A stretch of 63,369 bases of DNA, filler included, from Reticulomyxa filosa (Eukaryota > Protista > Foraminifera): the NCBI GenBank assembly GCA_000512085.1. It is 18 parts of 18 records of this genome, joined end to end, with 100 filler letters (N's around TTAATTAATTAA, not from the genome) between each part and the next. Parts side by side here need not be neighbours in the genome. Positions count along the whole stretch, not along the records: positions 34,907 to 40,621 come from ASPP01011962.1; positions 40,722 to 41,787 come from ASPP01024860.1; positions 41,888 to 43,428 come from ASPP01025053.1; positions 43,529 to 45,731 come from ASPP01008428.1; positions 45,832 to 52,984 come from ASPP01015815.1; 13 more parts are not named here. One strand, written 5' to 3'. How positions within the stretch are numbered: position 1 is the stretch's first letter; the number at the start of each line of letters is the position of its first letter. Below the pieces are notes generated by a model. The model was not told the origin of the DNA. It did not search any database and saw nothing but the letters and a program-made list of their open reading frames with translations. Positions 35,650 through 49,060 of the stretch are shown one piece after another. Both the position numbers and the translations under genes were made by a program.

Positions 35650-37333
35650 ATGATGAAAGAGTTGAAAAAAAAAAGAGAAGAAATTTTGAGAAAATTTGAT
35701 GAATCGAAAAACCGCAGTGTTCCAAAAGAGATGATAGAAACAATGAGTTATATAAACAGTAGAGATCCGAAAAAGCATCCGCCTTCCATTCGACTGTTGT
35801 GCTCTCAGTTGATTCAAGACTATATTGTGATGTACACGAATGTGGAGAGATGTGAACCCGATTCTCAAATCATTGACTTTGGAAAAAACTGGCTTGATTT
35901 TCAATCTATTGACACACAAATTTTAATTGAACAAATCAGCCAAAAATATTCTTTGGCACAACGAAGGTCTTTTTTTTAATTTAACAAAAAAAAAAAAGAT
36001 GAAAGGAAGTTTCTGGAAACTTCTGAGCACACATGATGAAAGCAACTCACACACAAATCCCAAAACAAAAAAGTCGCTCTGTGAAAGAATTTCGGCAGCT
36101 CCATAAATGGCTACAGGAGATTGGCCCAAGTGTAAAAGAAGACAAGAACGTTTACTATAATTGGATAATGAAACTTTTTCAGTGTGGATGTGTGTTGGGA
36201 ATATGGAACGATGTGTTGGAAAAGGGTCGAGAAATGGAACATATTGACTCTGAAACGTTTTCGAGTCAGTCCGTGAACCCATCGTCGACTGTGCCATTGC
36301 ATCCTTTGCATGTTTTATTTCTTTGATTTTGTTTGTATTTCTCTATACAATATTCCCTCCGAATTGTTTGGATCCATTTGATGAATGTCATGTATGTGTG
36401 CATACAACGACATACAGCTGTTTGATTATATTGCGTCCAAATTACCTAATCAAGCGCCAAACTTCACTCAAGTGTATTTTAATATCGACAGATATATCAC
36501 AACTTTTGAGCCACGGCTAATGCCACCTTTGAAATTTACAGAATGGCAAATTATGGATTGTATGACACTGCTGAAGTTTGCATTCAGCACGGACGCCAAA
36601 AGACATAAAGAGTTGCAAGTGGAAATTGAAAAGGCAAAACCTAATGTCCTGGAGGATTTGTCCAAGTTTATGTTTGTGTATGGATGCTTGGTACAATATC
36701 CTTGCTCATGGGTTCAACTGTCGGCTGGAAAAGATAAAGTCCAACCAGCGGTATTGTGTGGGCCTTGGAATGATTCAGAAATGGAACTGACTGTTTTGTT
36801 TGCACGTTTATGTGTTGCTATTTTCACTTTTTTTTTTTTTGTGGTAGGTTATATGCATATATCTGTATATGTACAAAATTAAATTAGGCCCGTTTTTGCG
36901 AAGACGTCCAACAGACAACAAAAATGAAGATGACGAAAAAAAAATTGACAATAAGACCATACAAGTAGTTCGAAGTGACTTGCGATTGCATTTGGATCGA
37001 AATGTTCCTTCTTTTACTGGCTCTCTTTTAGATATGCTTCGACAAAATGAAAATAACCATTTGAGTGCGGAACGTGAGGGAATGAGTGAGAAGAAAAACA
37101 ACACAGATGATGATAATTATCACGAAATGATGGACCCATCTTCACAAGGTATGACATCTGCTGTGGGTTGGGTATGGCGCGGCACATTTGATCATGAGGA
37201 AGGTGTTATGGAAATTGATGAAAAAGATTTTTCAAGCTTTCAATTTCGAAGAGATTCCTCATGGAAAGACAAGGCATTGAAATGTACTTGTCGAACCTGG
37301 GATATTCAAATGATAATTTCCACGCCAGATTAA
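35650..37333 (+). CDS. Multi-exon hypothetical protein
   Basis: Successive open frames 35650-35979, 36033-36326, 36385-36882 and 36869-37333 separated by intron-like T/A tracts; no family recognised. Confidence 0.6.
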
Positions 37334-37968
37334 TTCTTTCATTGATCCCCCTCCCAGTAGTATTGCCTTTTTTTTCTCGACAACTTTATATAAGCAAACG
37401 TTTTGTGCGAAAAAGGTTCTCAAATGTGTTGAGCCAAAACTATTTTGTGCATTTTTTATCAAAAAATTTTTTAAGCAACGTCAAATTATGTAAACGCATT
37501 TGAAATGAACATAAAAAAAAAACATCAAATCAAATTGTGTTAATTTTGGTCGGTATCACAATTGAATAAGACAAATTTTTCTTTTTGCATAAGAATTATT
37601 CTACAATTAAAATTGATCCAAACAAAACTGGAAAAGATTGCTCTTTTTTTAAAAGAATTGCCGAAAAATACATGCACGTTTTTTGTCATTTCTGTATTTG
37701 TATAAAAAAAATAAAAATTTTGTAATAACAAACATTACACTGTATTTATTAATTAATTAATCTGTTTCTGTACAAAAGCAATGAACAATATAAGAAATAC
37801 GGCTAATTATCAATGATCCTTTCCAGCACGCAAATATGTATCGTAAAGCAAGCACAAAGAAAAAAACCAATACATGAAGGAAATATACTGAATGTTACTA
37901 ATTATGTGAAACGAATAATACATTTGCAAACGCGAATACTTGCAATGTACTTTTGTAATTATTTACAT

Positions 37969-39141
37969 TCACAAAATGATACCCCTTGGTTGCGTCGTCA
38001 TGAATTGTCCTTTGTCAGTATCTTTCCAAACATATGCACACGCATATAAACAGTAACAAAAAAAAGAATTAAGATTAAAACAAAGCATACGTTTGTGTTT
38101 TGAAGTTGGTTGGAACCATTCTTTGGAAAGGAAGCAATACAACAAACATCGATAGCTGATAGAAAAAGAGCAGCACAAAAATCGGAAGATGATTGCTGAA
38201 ATGACATAAATGAAGACCATAAGAAACACCAAAAAAGTCGGTAAGATAAGTAAACCATCAATCATCAATGCCATTTGATCACTCGAGTCTTTGTAAGTGC
38301 TGCGTTGTGTAAATTGGGATGGACGTTGTTGAATGAAAGATATTTCATCGGAGAAAATGACAATGGCACATACTGGAATGTGAATTCCAAACACTAAACA
38401 TAGCGAAATTAGCCAAAAAAAGCATGTTTCGCCACTGCAACCGCAGCAACAACGACGAGACTCATTACCACTATTGTTATCTTCAACACTGTCATCACTG
38501 GTAGCAATGGAAGCATCCAGTTCGTGATTAGTGTTGATTTCATCTTGAAGATGACCGAGTTGGTCCTTCTTTCTTTGCATTGATGAATCACAGCAACAGA
38601 ATAGTAAGGCCTTGCAACACAAAAGTGTTAACAATAGCCAAGCACCACATACCAAGGCCCAATATCCGTAACTTGGACTACGTTTCAATTGCATCATGCT
38701 CAAAAGAAGATCAATACCAAGCATAAAAGCAAATATGTACTGAAAAACTACATTAAATGGAAACCCTCCCAAAATTAGTGCATTGTTCACAAAGTCACCC
38801 AAATGAACCACGATAAGCAAAAACGGTAAAGGATTATTCAATGACACACCCAAATGGCTAATCACCAAACCGAGTATCAAATTTGGCAGTGAAAAGCATA
38901 TAAGTTGTCCCACTTGAGTACGTACAGATATATACGTACCATAACAAATCATATTACACCACACAACCAGGAAAAATATCGTTTTTGTACAAAATATGGT
39001 CATGTAGCACAGTGGAATTGCGTTCGTGTACGTCAATTGGCCGTTCGACATTTTAGAAAGTTTTATGATTACCAATAAACTTGAAATCCAGTCCACAAGA
39101 CGCCAAATGGCGCGAGCTATATTTTGACATTGTCGAGACAT
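37969..39141 (-). CDS. Cys-rich multipass membrane protein of unknown function
   Basis: 390-aa ORF with many hydrophobic segments and juxtamembrane Cys clusters (LFCCCD, RRCCCGC, FLCC). Confidence 0.7.
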   Translation of the reverse strand: MSRQCQNIARAIWRLVDWISSLLVIIKLSKMSNGQLTYTNAIPLCYMTIFCTKTIFFLVVWCNMICYGTYISVRTQVGQLICFSLPNLILGLVISHLGVSLNNPLPFLLIVVHLGDFVNNALILGGFPFNVVFQYIFAFMLGIDLLLSMMQLKRSPSYGYWALVCGAWLLLTLLCCKALLFCCCDSSMQRKKDQLGHLQDEINTNHELDASIATSDDSVEDNNSGNESRRCCCGCSGETCFFWLISLCLVFGIHIPVCAIVIFSDEISFIQQRPSQFTQRSTYKDSSDQMALMIDGLLILPTFLVFLMVFIYVISAIIFRFLCCSFSISYRCLLYCFLSKEWFQPTSKHKRMLCFNLNSFFCYCLYACAYVWKDTDKGQFMTTQPRGIIL

Positions 39142-39472
39142 AATCTCACTGCTTTCACAAAGTTTTTTTTACCTGTTAAAAAACGGAAGACATTTTGACC
39201 ACTTGGCGAAAGTTTATATAAGAATCTTTATTCAGAATATTTTCGAATGAGGGCAAACATTATAAAAAAGTATTAAAAAAAATGAACAAACATTTAGACA
39301 CGCAACAGCAAAATTTTAACAAAACAAAGAAAGAGTGTCATTTTAAATGTTAATATTTTGGTTTTTCTATTTTGAAAACGTCATTCCAATAATCACCGTT
39401 AGTACATTTGTTTTACCGTTAATGGTAGGAGAGAAGAACAAAAAAACAAGCAAACAAAAAAAGGATTGACAT

Positions 39473-40476
39473 TCACATAAACAATAACATGTTGTCTGGG
39501 TTTCCCCACTCGTGAGACACCCCTCTTCTTTGTGTGGATTTGTAACCACTAAACAACAAATTATCGTCTTCTTGTTGTTCTTCAACGTCGTTAAGAGTAA
39601 AGTTGCAATGAATAGTGGTCCTATCATTGACACTTCGACGACTTTGGTAAAAGCGTTTTAGTTGTGCTTCGGTATAATCCAAGCTTGCCCTTTCTTGATG
39701 ATAAACAATATATGCTCGAACGACGAATATGACATTAGTCAAGAACCACAATACCAAAAAAAAGATGCGGGCATACCAGTCGGCATTTTGGAAAGAAGAA
39801 GCAAACATTCCTGCAATTGACGACCAACACGTGATTAAGAAAAGATAAAAAAAGCAACTATACATATAAAAGTCCTATTTTTTTTTTATGAATACAAACA
39901 AGCAAACCCAAATTGGATCGGTTGAAAGAGAGAGCGCACAGATATATTTTGTTTGTTTGCATGTTTCAACATACCATTTCACTCCAATAAGGAATGCTTG
40001 GCAACTGTTGGACCAGTAACTGCAACGAAGCGACGTCAGCTAACATCAATGTCACTGCAAATTGTAATCGATTTCCGAGCTCTGTCAAAGATTATGTATG
40101 CATACACATTTATATATGTATATGTATATTTCTCCCCTTTCCTCCTCCTTCTCGTCAAACCTTGTTCAGACACTCCCATCGCAAAAGTTCCCAAACCCAT
40201 GGTGAACATGCAAAAAGTAACCAAGATATCTCCAACGCGGGTATCCCACTTCCTCGAGGCCTTAATGTGCACAGCGATAACGGAGTAGGTGCGTTCACCA
40301 CGAGAGTGAGACTTTTCGGTTTGTTTGAATTCCACCAAGAGCTTTTCCAATTCCCATTCGGACAACACACTAAATTGGGGATCCAACGAGCAAAACACAC
40401 GAGCTCTGGGAAACGGCAGTAATCTCATCAGCGATGTAGCGAGTTCTGCTTTGAAATATATCGTAAAATCTTGGCA
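39473..40476 (-). CDS. Pentameric ligand-gated ion channel (pLGIC) subunit, 5'-truncated; exons approx. 40476-40161, 40081-39975, 39874-39473
   Basis: Spliced: CQDFTIYF..LSEWEL..YSVIAVHIKASRK(M1)..ELGNRLQFAVTLMLADVASL(M2)..LPSIPYWSEM|DFYMY(M3)..M4. Confidence 0.85.
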
Positions 40477-40732
40477 CTGTTTTGTTTGAATGATTCATTT
40501 CACATACACACACAAACCAAAAAAAAAAAATGCACACATTGTACGAAAAAATGTCCTCCCATCCCCTTTTTTATTTTCAGCGACCAATCAAAGTAAAAAC
40601 AAAAAAGAGCATAACATCAAANNNNNNNNNNNNNNNNNNNNNNNNNNNNNNNNNNNNNNNNNNNNTTAATTAATTAANNNNNNNNNNNNNNNNNNNNNNN
40701 NNNNNNNNNNNNNNNNNNNNNGTATAAAAAAG

Positions 40733-41752
40733 TTGGAGTCCCCAATTAGCAAAGACGTGACAGTATTCTTGGGCTTCTACACAACCGACGATCTGGTGTC
40801 ATGCTGTTATATAAAATTGTCGATTGCGAATTTCATATCGGAAAATGACGAAACACCGCCCAGCGCAATGACCCAAAGTGAGTTGTATCATTGGTCGGTG
40901 ACAAGCGACGATATCTACTTTGCGGACAATGACAACGATCGCGACATTTTGATGTCTGTGACAATTGATGCCTCGCAAGACCAATATGTATGCCAATCGA
41001 TTGCCAGCCATAATTCCAATCACAGCTCGGGCAGCTCTGCCAATGACGCGTCCATTGATCTCAACTCGTATTTGTGTCGATATTGGGTGGCTATCCAATT
41101 ACTTAATAAAAATGGCACCGTACTTACTTCTTCCGGCTCCAGTTTTGTCGTTCTTACAATTTGTTATCATGATGATTATATATGTATATATGTGTGTATG
41201 TTCATGTATGGGGGGGGGGGGAACACAGATGTATCGTATACCGTATACGCACGCAACGACTTTGTAAAGTTGGTGGATACGACGGTGCAACAAACACAGA
41301 TCAATCCATCGAAAAATACACAGCAAAAGTATGTGTACGCAGTTGGAGGCGACGACATATTCATCGCAAAAGACAGCAATAACAGCAGCTATTCGTGGAT
41401 TGTCGTCAATTTGTCCCCGATTGTCGCTCAGAATTTGGCTGTGTACGTCTCCGTGGACAGACCCTTTGCCGATGGCACACAATTTGATGAGTTTGGTGGC
41501 CATTAAGAAAAAGACACTTTTTTTTTTAATAAAAAAAAATTAAAATGACAAAATACATTAATATACATGTATATAAAGAGGACATCAATGGAGCGGAGAA
41601 ACAAAAAATGGACAATTGTCGTTGATGTGCAAATTTGATTTGAATCCGAATTTGACATGGACGTCTCACACCCAGTTTTATTTTTACATTACTGTCACTG
41701 TCGAAGACAATTCCACTAGTATTTTTACCATTGCTGTGAGCAGACCTCAACG
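40733..41752 (+). CDS. Internal exons of a beta-strand-rich, probably extracellular protein
   Basis: Open frame rich in S/D/Y/V with TA-rich introns; no family recognised. Confidence 0.5.
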
Positions 41753-41887
41753 TTTTGTCTTTTTGTCTATTTTTTTTTTTTTTTTTTNNNNNNNNNNNNN
41801 NNNNNNNNNNNNNNNNNNNNNNNNNNNNNNNTTAATTAATTAANNNNNNNNNNNNNNNNNNNNNNNNNNNNNNNNNNNNNNNNNNNN

Positions 41888-41954
41888 AAAGATAAAGATT
41901 AAAGACAAAGATAAGGAGAAAGAGAAGCGACGAGACACAAAGAATAAGAATACC

Positions 41955-42001
<47 letters not shown>

Positions 42002-43151
42002 TGAAGTAAGAGAGTTAAAAGAAGAAGTGAATAGACAAATAGCCAACAAAAGCAAGCTGCGTGTAACAAGTGGAGTGTATCGCAGTCACATCGACGCGGT
42101 ACGTACACTGTGCAACTCATCAGCACAGCGACTGTTATTTTCAGGCGCAGACGACGGACTGATCAAAGTATGGCGATTCGACTCATCGCCTCCGTCGCAG
42201 GACGTAGTCAGCTCACTGTTGACGCTGCGCGCACACCGCGGCATTGTGACGTCAATGTGTCTACTGCCACAACACAACACGTTGTTGACGGCCGGACAAA
42301 GCGGCGCCGTCATTGGATGGAACCTGCATAGCATTGAGTCCAACACTAATGCCAACGCCAGTGCCAATGCAAACAGCAATGCAAAAGGCATTTTGACCAT
42401 GTCTTCTTTGGACGAGTTTCAATCCTTTCAACTGGTCGACCACAAGGACTGCGTGTGGAAGGTCATGCCTCACGCCAATCCCAGTCAGCCTATGTTTGCT
42501 TCGTTGGGCGCAGACAATGCCATTCGCGTATATGACGTTACCAAGGTTGCATGTACGCAAGTGATGGAATGGAATAGCAATAGCAATAGCAACAGCAATA
42601 GCAATAATATTAGCAGTGGCAATGATAATGAGGATCGACTATCCACTGGACAATGGCGTGATGATAACTCCATTTTGTTTGGCACCACGTGTGGTCAAAC
42701 AGGCATGTTCGATGTTCGCACTGGCGGTGTTGTGCTCATGTTCGCGTCTGATCATCAGTACTTTTACAAAAGTCCGCAAAAGGCCGTGTATTGTCTGGAA
42801 ACTAATGTCCTCGCCGATATCGTGTACTGCGGACGTGATGATGCCACCGTCTCCGTGCTCGATGCCAAAATGGGCAAGTGCATCAAAGAGTGGAAGTGTC
42901 ACGAAGACGCCGTCACGAGCATCGCGTGGCATGACCAGGCCCAATGCTTAGTCACATGCTCTCATGATTGCAGAATTCGTCTTTGGGACACTGTCTCCTA
43001 TCGCTGTGTTGATGAAATTGAACCACAGCGCACACACTTGAATAAATGGGACGAGGGCATCTTGTCTCTCACTTTGGACAAACAAGCCTCCACTTTTGCC
43101 TCTGGCAGTGCTGATGGAAATATTGTCTTGTACAAAATTACTAACTCGTAG
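41888..43151 (+). CDS. Striatin-like WD40 C-terminal domain (STRIPAK scaffold), 5'-truncated
   Basis: RSHIDAVR, SGADDGLIKVW, LRAHRGIV, HKDCVW, HEDAVTSIA, CSHDCRIRLWD, CVDEI..HLNKWDEGI, ASGSADG follow the striatin WD40 motif order. Confidence 0.8.
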
Positions 43152-43528
43152 ATTTCATTTTATTAGGCTCATAGCAAACGAAGCAACTCATTAAAATCAA
43201 AATTGAAAATAAAAGCATTTTTGTATAAAAACTAAATAAAATGTTGATTGTTTTATAAAAAAAAAAACATTTATTTAATGGAATTATCCCAAAATATCTA
43301 CAAAGCCCAAAATACAGACGCTCGACACCAGACTCAAAGTAGTCCCTCACCACCATATACTATCCTATCTGGGCTTTCTCACACTCCATAGTAAGAGTTT
43401 TGAAAATAATTCAAATTAATTTGCATTGNNNNNNNNNNNNNNNNNNNNNNNNNNNNNNNNNNNNNNNNNNNNTTAATTAATTAANNNNNNNNNNNNNNNN
43501 NNNNNNNNNNNNNNNNNNNNNNNNNNNN

Positions 43529-43564
<36 letters not shown>

Positions 43565-43565
43565 T

Positions 43566-44079
43566 TTGGAATTGGGGAGCGGCGTTAGGGTTTGTCATTC
43601 CACCTTCTGCAAATGGAAAACCGGAAGTCTCTCCAAACGATGGCAAGCCTTCTCATTGGCACTCGTACTCACAGTCACAGTCGCAGTCACAATCTCAATC
43701 ACAGTCCCATTACCAGTCCATGGGCGACTCCTCTTATATGTCAAACGAGTTTGCGATTGGCAACGAAAATAACGGAAAGTTGAAACCCAAGGAAAGAGAT
43801 AGGGAAAACCTTGAAACCAAAACCAAGACCGAGACCAAGGCTTTCACGTTCAACAAAACCGTGAAAGTGAAACTAAAAAACAAAAAAACAAACGACAAAA
43901 AAACTACAAACCAACCTTTGGTTGCCAAAAATGGCACCATCTTGATCACGCCCAAAGTTAAGCACATCATTGTTTCTGGCAATTATCATGGCGAGATCCG
44001 TATCTTTCTCAATCACGATGTTTTAAACAATCCCGACGATGAAGCCACTTCTCTCAACACTGATCAGACGGAGAAATAA
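43566..44079 (+). CDS. Terminal exon(s), possibly the last blade of a WD40 protein
   Basis: HIIVSGNYHGEIRIFLN near the C-terminus. Confidence 0.4.
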
Positions 44080-45079
44080 ACTTTTACTGAGAAACAAAGA
44101 GAAGGAAATAACAGAGAGAAAGGGGGAAGGAGGGTAGGAATAAATAAAGTCATCATATATTCAACTTCATTGCAAAAGTAATGTTTTTGTTTAGAATAGT
44201 TTTCATCCTTTTTTTGTGTGTTTGTTTGTTTGCTGTGTTTTTTTTCTCTTTTGAAGTCGATGCCAACATTTTTTTTAACTCCTTATTTGCTTAGTACTTT
44301 TACAGTTGACAAAACATGCATTTTTGCGACCAAAAAGTGTAAGATTGAAACAGATAGTATGAATATGGGTTCAAACATATGGGTAAGGGTTTTCATTGTA
44401 TTTTTTTATTTTTTTTCCTTTTCTATTTTTTTTTTAGAAACTTCATTCAATTTTAAGTGATTTTGGTTGTTGCCTTGTCAGTCACGTTTGTGTTGGGGGG
44501 AAGATGTTTTTAACAATCGTGCGTGTGTCAAATCTTTTTTTTTTTTTTGCTAGTCACCGCTCGATTTCAACTTGAAAGCTTGACATGTTTAGCTTTTTTC
44601 TGTGAATGAAAGAGTGTGACCGTCATACCAAAACAACTAAAAGACATCCAATTTTGCCGTGATTTTCAATGCTGTTTTATTTTTTAACTTTTGAACTTGA
44701 ATGTATTAGCTTCTTCATACATACAATGTTTTACCGTACAGATGACATTGTTTTGGAGCCTGTCAAAAACAAAAGAAACAGAGCCCTAGATTATTTTTTC
44801 AAATAAATTGTTAATTAATTTTCCATTTAACTTTTAATTATCGTAGTCTTTTATTTGTCTTTTCTCGCAAACATGAAGAAATCAGAAATAAAGCAACATG
44901 TTTGCTAGCAAAAATGGGAACGTTTTATCCCCTTCCTATGGATGATAGATGGATTTGAATTGATTTGGACATATTTAAAATTTAAATTTTTTTTTTAATA
45001 ACCGTAAACGGTTTTTTCTGAAATGCTTGGAAACTCAAAGGTTTGTCATTTTATACAATGTTGCTTAAAATTGTAAAAA

Positions 45080-45640
45080 GTTTCCTTTGGCAACCACAAA
45101 TGTACAACAGCAAAAGATCCCACCAGAAGTGCAGAAGCTTCTGGAAACTCCAGGAAACGAGTTTAACAGAATCTATATTTGAACAGCACTCTATTTTAAA
45201 AAAAAAAAGGTGAATAAATAAGAAAAAGAAATGAACACAAATAATAGGCAATGCATGGAATGTGAGTCAACGGAAGTTGAATGGGCATCATTAAATTTGG
45301 GAGTATTTTTGTGTGAAAAATGTTCTGGACGACACCGAGCGCTGGGGACGCATGTGAGTCAAGTACGGTCGTTGTGGTTGGACAGCAAAGCGTGGACGCC
45401 AGAGGTGATCCAAATGATGAGCAAAAAAGGGAACGCACGAGCCAAGAAGTATTACGAGGGAAAAGTGCCAACGTTCGTGGTGAAGCCGCCAGAAGATCAG
45501 GGGCCAGTAGTTATGGAAAAGTGGTTGATTATGAAATACCAAAAGAAGTTATTTGTGGACCCGGAAGCAAAGGACGACTACGAGGGAAGCAGCAAGCCGG
45601 ATGAAAAGAGCAAGCACACAGCCCCTTCACCAAGTAGTAC
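45080..45640 (+). CDS. ArfGAP domain protein (partial)
   Basis: KLLETPGN..QCMEC...WASLNLGVFLCEKCSGRHRALGTHVSQVRSLWLD..W..GNARAKKYYE..KY; CxxCx16CxxC plus the catalytic Arg. Confidence 0.95.
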
Positions 45641-45847
45641 ATGTATATGTATATAACTTAAAAAAAAAAAAAAAAAAGGAAAAATTTTTTTGAGGAAGAG
45701 AGAAAGAGAGAGAGAGAGAGAGCAAGAGCAGNNNNNNNNNNNNNNNNNNNNNNNNNNNNNNNNNNNNNNNNNNNNTTAATTAATTAANNNNNNNNNNNNN
45801 NNNNNNNNNNNNNNNNNNNNNNNNNNNNNNNAAAAAAAAAAAAAGTA

Positions 45848-48136
45848 GAGGATATTTGCTAGTCAAAATGAAAACATACAACGTAAAATGGTGGCGACAA
45901 ACTCAAACGAACGACCGATCGGAGAAAACGACGAAATAGTGCACCGACTGAAGGAAAAAGAGCAGGAATGCCAGCGGATGAGAGAAGAGCTCACGCAGCT
46001 GCGTGACGAGTGTCAACTGCTGCGACAGCAAAACGAACAGCTGACAGTCGAAAACAAAAATTTAGAAAATGAATTGGTGACAGTGGCCAATGCGGAAAAA
46101 GCCAAGGCCGAGCATTGGCAAGCGGAAAATGAACACTTGCAACAACAACTGGCCTTATTAAAAGATATGCAGCAAATCCATGAAAGCCATTTGCGCACTC
46201 ATTCTCAAACCCATTCGCATTATGAATTTCTTGATATGCATGACAATGACAAGATCAAAGAGATTGTTAACATTTATATTATTATATATATATATATAAT
46301 AATATAAATGTTAACAATCTCTTTGGTTTTTAATTTTTAAAAAAAGAATACGGCAGCTTTGGAAACTCAAATGAATCAGTTGCAACAGGAACTGCAACAA
46401 ACTCAAGACGAAAACAATGACTTGGTGGAAAAGCTGAAGCGGACGAACATTGAACTCCAAAAGAAAGATGAGATACTCCAAGTCGTGACGAATAAGAACG
46501 ATGAAATGTTGGACGAGTTGGTGCGTCTGAGAAGCCAAGACGTCGTGCTTGTGCCGTCCAAGCAAGACTTGGAGCAACTGCAAGAGGAGTTCAATCAATA
46601 CGAGCAATTCTTGAAATCAGCAGTTTCACTTTTATTAAAATAAAAAAATAAAAATAAAATATCTGTCATCAATTACACAAATATTGTTCAATGTCACAGC
46701 AAGGCGTAAACATTGGCACGCAGTTTCGAAGATTGTCTCAGCATATCACATCAGGTTATAAATATATATATATACATATACATATATAAATATATATATA
46801 TTTATATATGTATATGTATATATATACTCTTTGCTTGTTTGGATAAAAAGAAATGAAAGAATGGGATCGTATATTATCGGAACGAAGAGAAGACGAAGAT
46901 CAAGAACAATTGCAAGTGCAATTGCAAGATCAAATACATGAGCAAGAGATTGAAGATGAGGTGGACACACAAGAAGAAGAAGAAGAAGAAGGAGAAGAAG
47001 AACAAGGACAAAGACAAAGACAAAGACAAGCGGAGGAAGAAGAGAATGACGAAATCGATGCATTGAAACGAAAACATCACAACGAAATGATGAACCTAAA
47101 GAATGAGCATTTGAAAGAGATGGAGAGCAACGACGAGCAATGGAAGGACGTGATGAATCGGATAACGAGCGAGCACATGCAGCAGCTGGCGCAATTGCGC
47201 GAGGAGAAGCAAAAGACGGATGAGAAGATGGGTCTGTTGCAGCAGCTGATGAATGGGAAGATTGACGAGATCCAGTTGAAGCACGAGAACGAGATATTGG
47301 AGTTGCAGCATCAGCTTCACGCTCAAAGCGAGATGAAACAACAGCAAATAAAAAAAGAAGACGAGGATCATCATGTGGACGATGATAATGCGAATGACCG
47401 TGTCGATGATAATGATAATGATAATGACGATAATGACAATGCAAATGAAGATGTAAATGAGGAAATAAAGCAATCATTTCAAATGGAAATCGAGCAGCTC
47501 AAAGCGCAATGGCAAAAGACTGTCGAACAGTTGAAGAGCAAACATGCCAAAGAGGTTGCGTCGTTGACCAATCAAATCCAATCGGAATATTCCTCCAAAC
47601 TTCGAAAAGAAAAGGAGACGTGGCGACGTGTGAGTTTGGACACGGAAAATGAACTCAGTCAAAAGCTCACCGACATGGAGCGCAGTATCGAGTCGATCAT
47701 CGAAGAGGAACTTGTCAAGAACAACGAGCAATGGGAAAAAAAGCTGTCCCAACAAACCGAGGAAAAACAAAAAGAACGCAATCAACTTTTGAATCAGCTT
47801 GAAGGCACTATCGAAAGCGATCGTGCTATTATCAATGACTTGCGCAATCAAATCCAATTGTTAAAAATGTCCAAACAACATTTTATTGAATCCACCGCTG
47901 TTCAACTGGACTCTCTTAGGTATACTTTTTTTTTTTCCCCCCCCCCCCTTTACCTTTTACTCTTGCTTTTACTTTTACTTTTGCTTTTGCTTTGTTTACA
48001 CTTTCAATTCATACATGTCAACTTCTTTAGATGGGTCATCAACTCGCTTCTTCGAATCGAATCGTGCAAGAAAATCACTGAAATATTATTGAATGATTCC
48101 TTCAAACCATCTTCAAGTCAACCTGTAAAACGATAG
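45848..48136 (+). CDS. Long coiled-coil protein, multi-exon, 5'-truncated
   Basis: E/Q/K-rich heptads in 45888-46265, 46359-46620 and 46853-47919, separated by GT-AG introns. Confidence 0.75.
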
Positions 48137-49060
48137 ATAACTTTGCTTTATCTCATTTATTGTTGTCTTTCTTTTTTTTTTTTTTTGTCACATTATTGGC
48201 TTTTGATGTTGTTTTTTTTTTTTGTTTGTTTATTTTTTTTTTTTTTTTTAAAGTGTTTTGCTATTTGATGTGTAGCTTACATTTACCCATCGCTTTGCTG
48301 GATGGTGTACACTCGAATCAACACAATCACAGACTTGGGGAAAAAAAGGGATGAGGGATAATAAAAGTTCACTGACAAATGATTGATTGATTTTATGAAA
48401 CAGTGGTTGTGCTCATGATTTACTCTTTTGTTGTTATTGAAAAATCGAGAATTTGATGTATAAAATATTATTCGAAATTCAAAAGCATCGCGCTGCTTTC
48501 TTCTTTTTTGATCCTTTTTTTCTATCCCTTTGCATCTATACTTTTTTTTAATCAATATCCAGAGGGAGGGGGGAAAAAAAAAAGCCACTCGATTTTGGAC
48601 TTTGTTCTAGGTCAAAAAGTCAATGTGATATAAGGAACAGAAAACATCTGTTACATGGCAACGCAAACATATACATATATGTACACGTCACCAATTGTTT
48701 CCCTGGTCAATTACAAGCTCTAATATTATCATAAATGACACCTTGTTCAAGCCCCTACGTACACAAAACACTAAAACATTTAAGATATCCTAATTAACGT
48801 GGACATAGCATGCACACTCTTAAAATGTTTCGATTGTAACCAACACTTCGAAACGGGCAACTGGAAAGTATGTCCCTTGAGCGTGAAGAAAATTTAGAAA
48901 GAAAAAAAAAAACAGTTTTGAGATCATTGATGAAATAACGTGTTCTGGTGCGATATTAAAAAGAACTAGCTTTGAAAACTTTTCACAATATTCCGTGATT
49001 ATATTGTGATACTTAGTGTAATGTGCACAGTGTTGAACGACTTTTCGCCAGTGCGACGAA

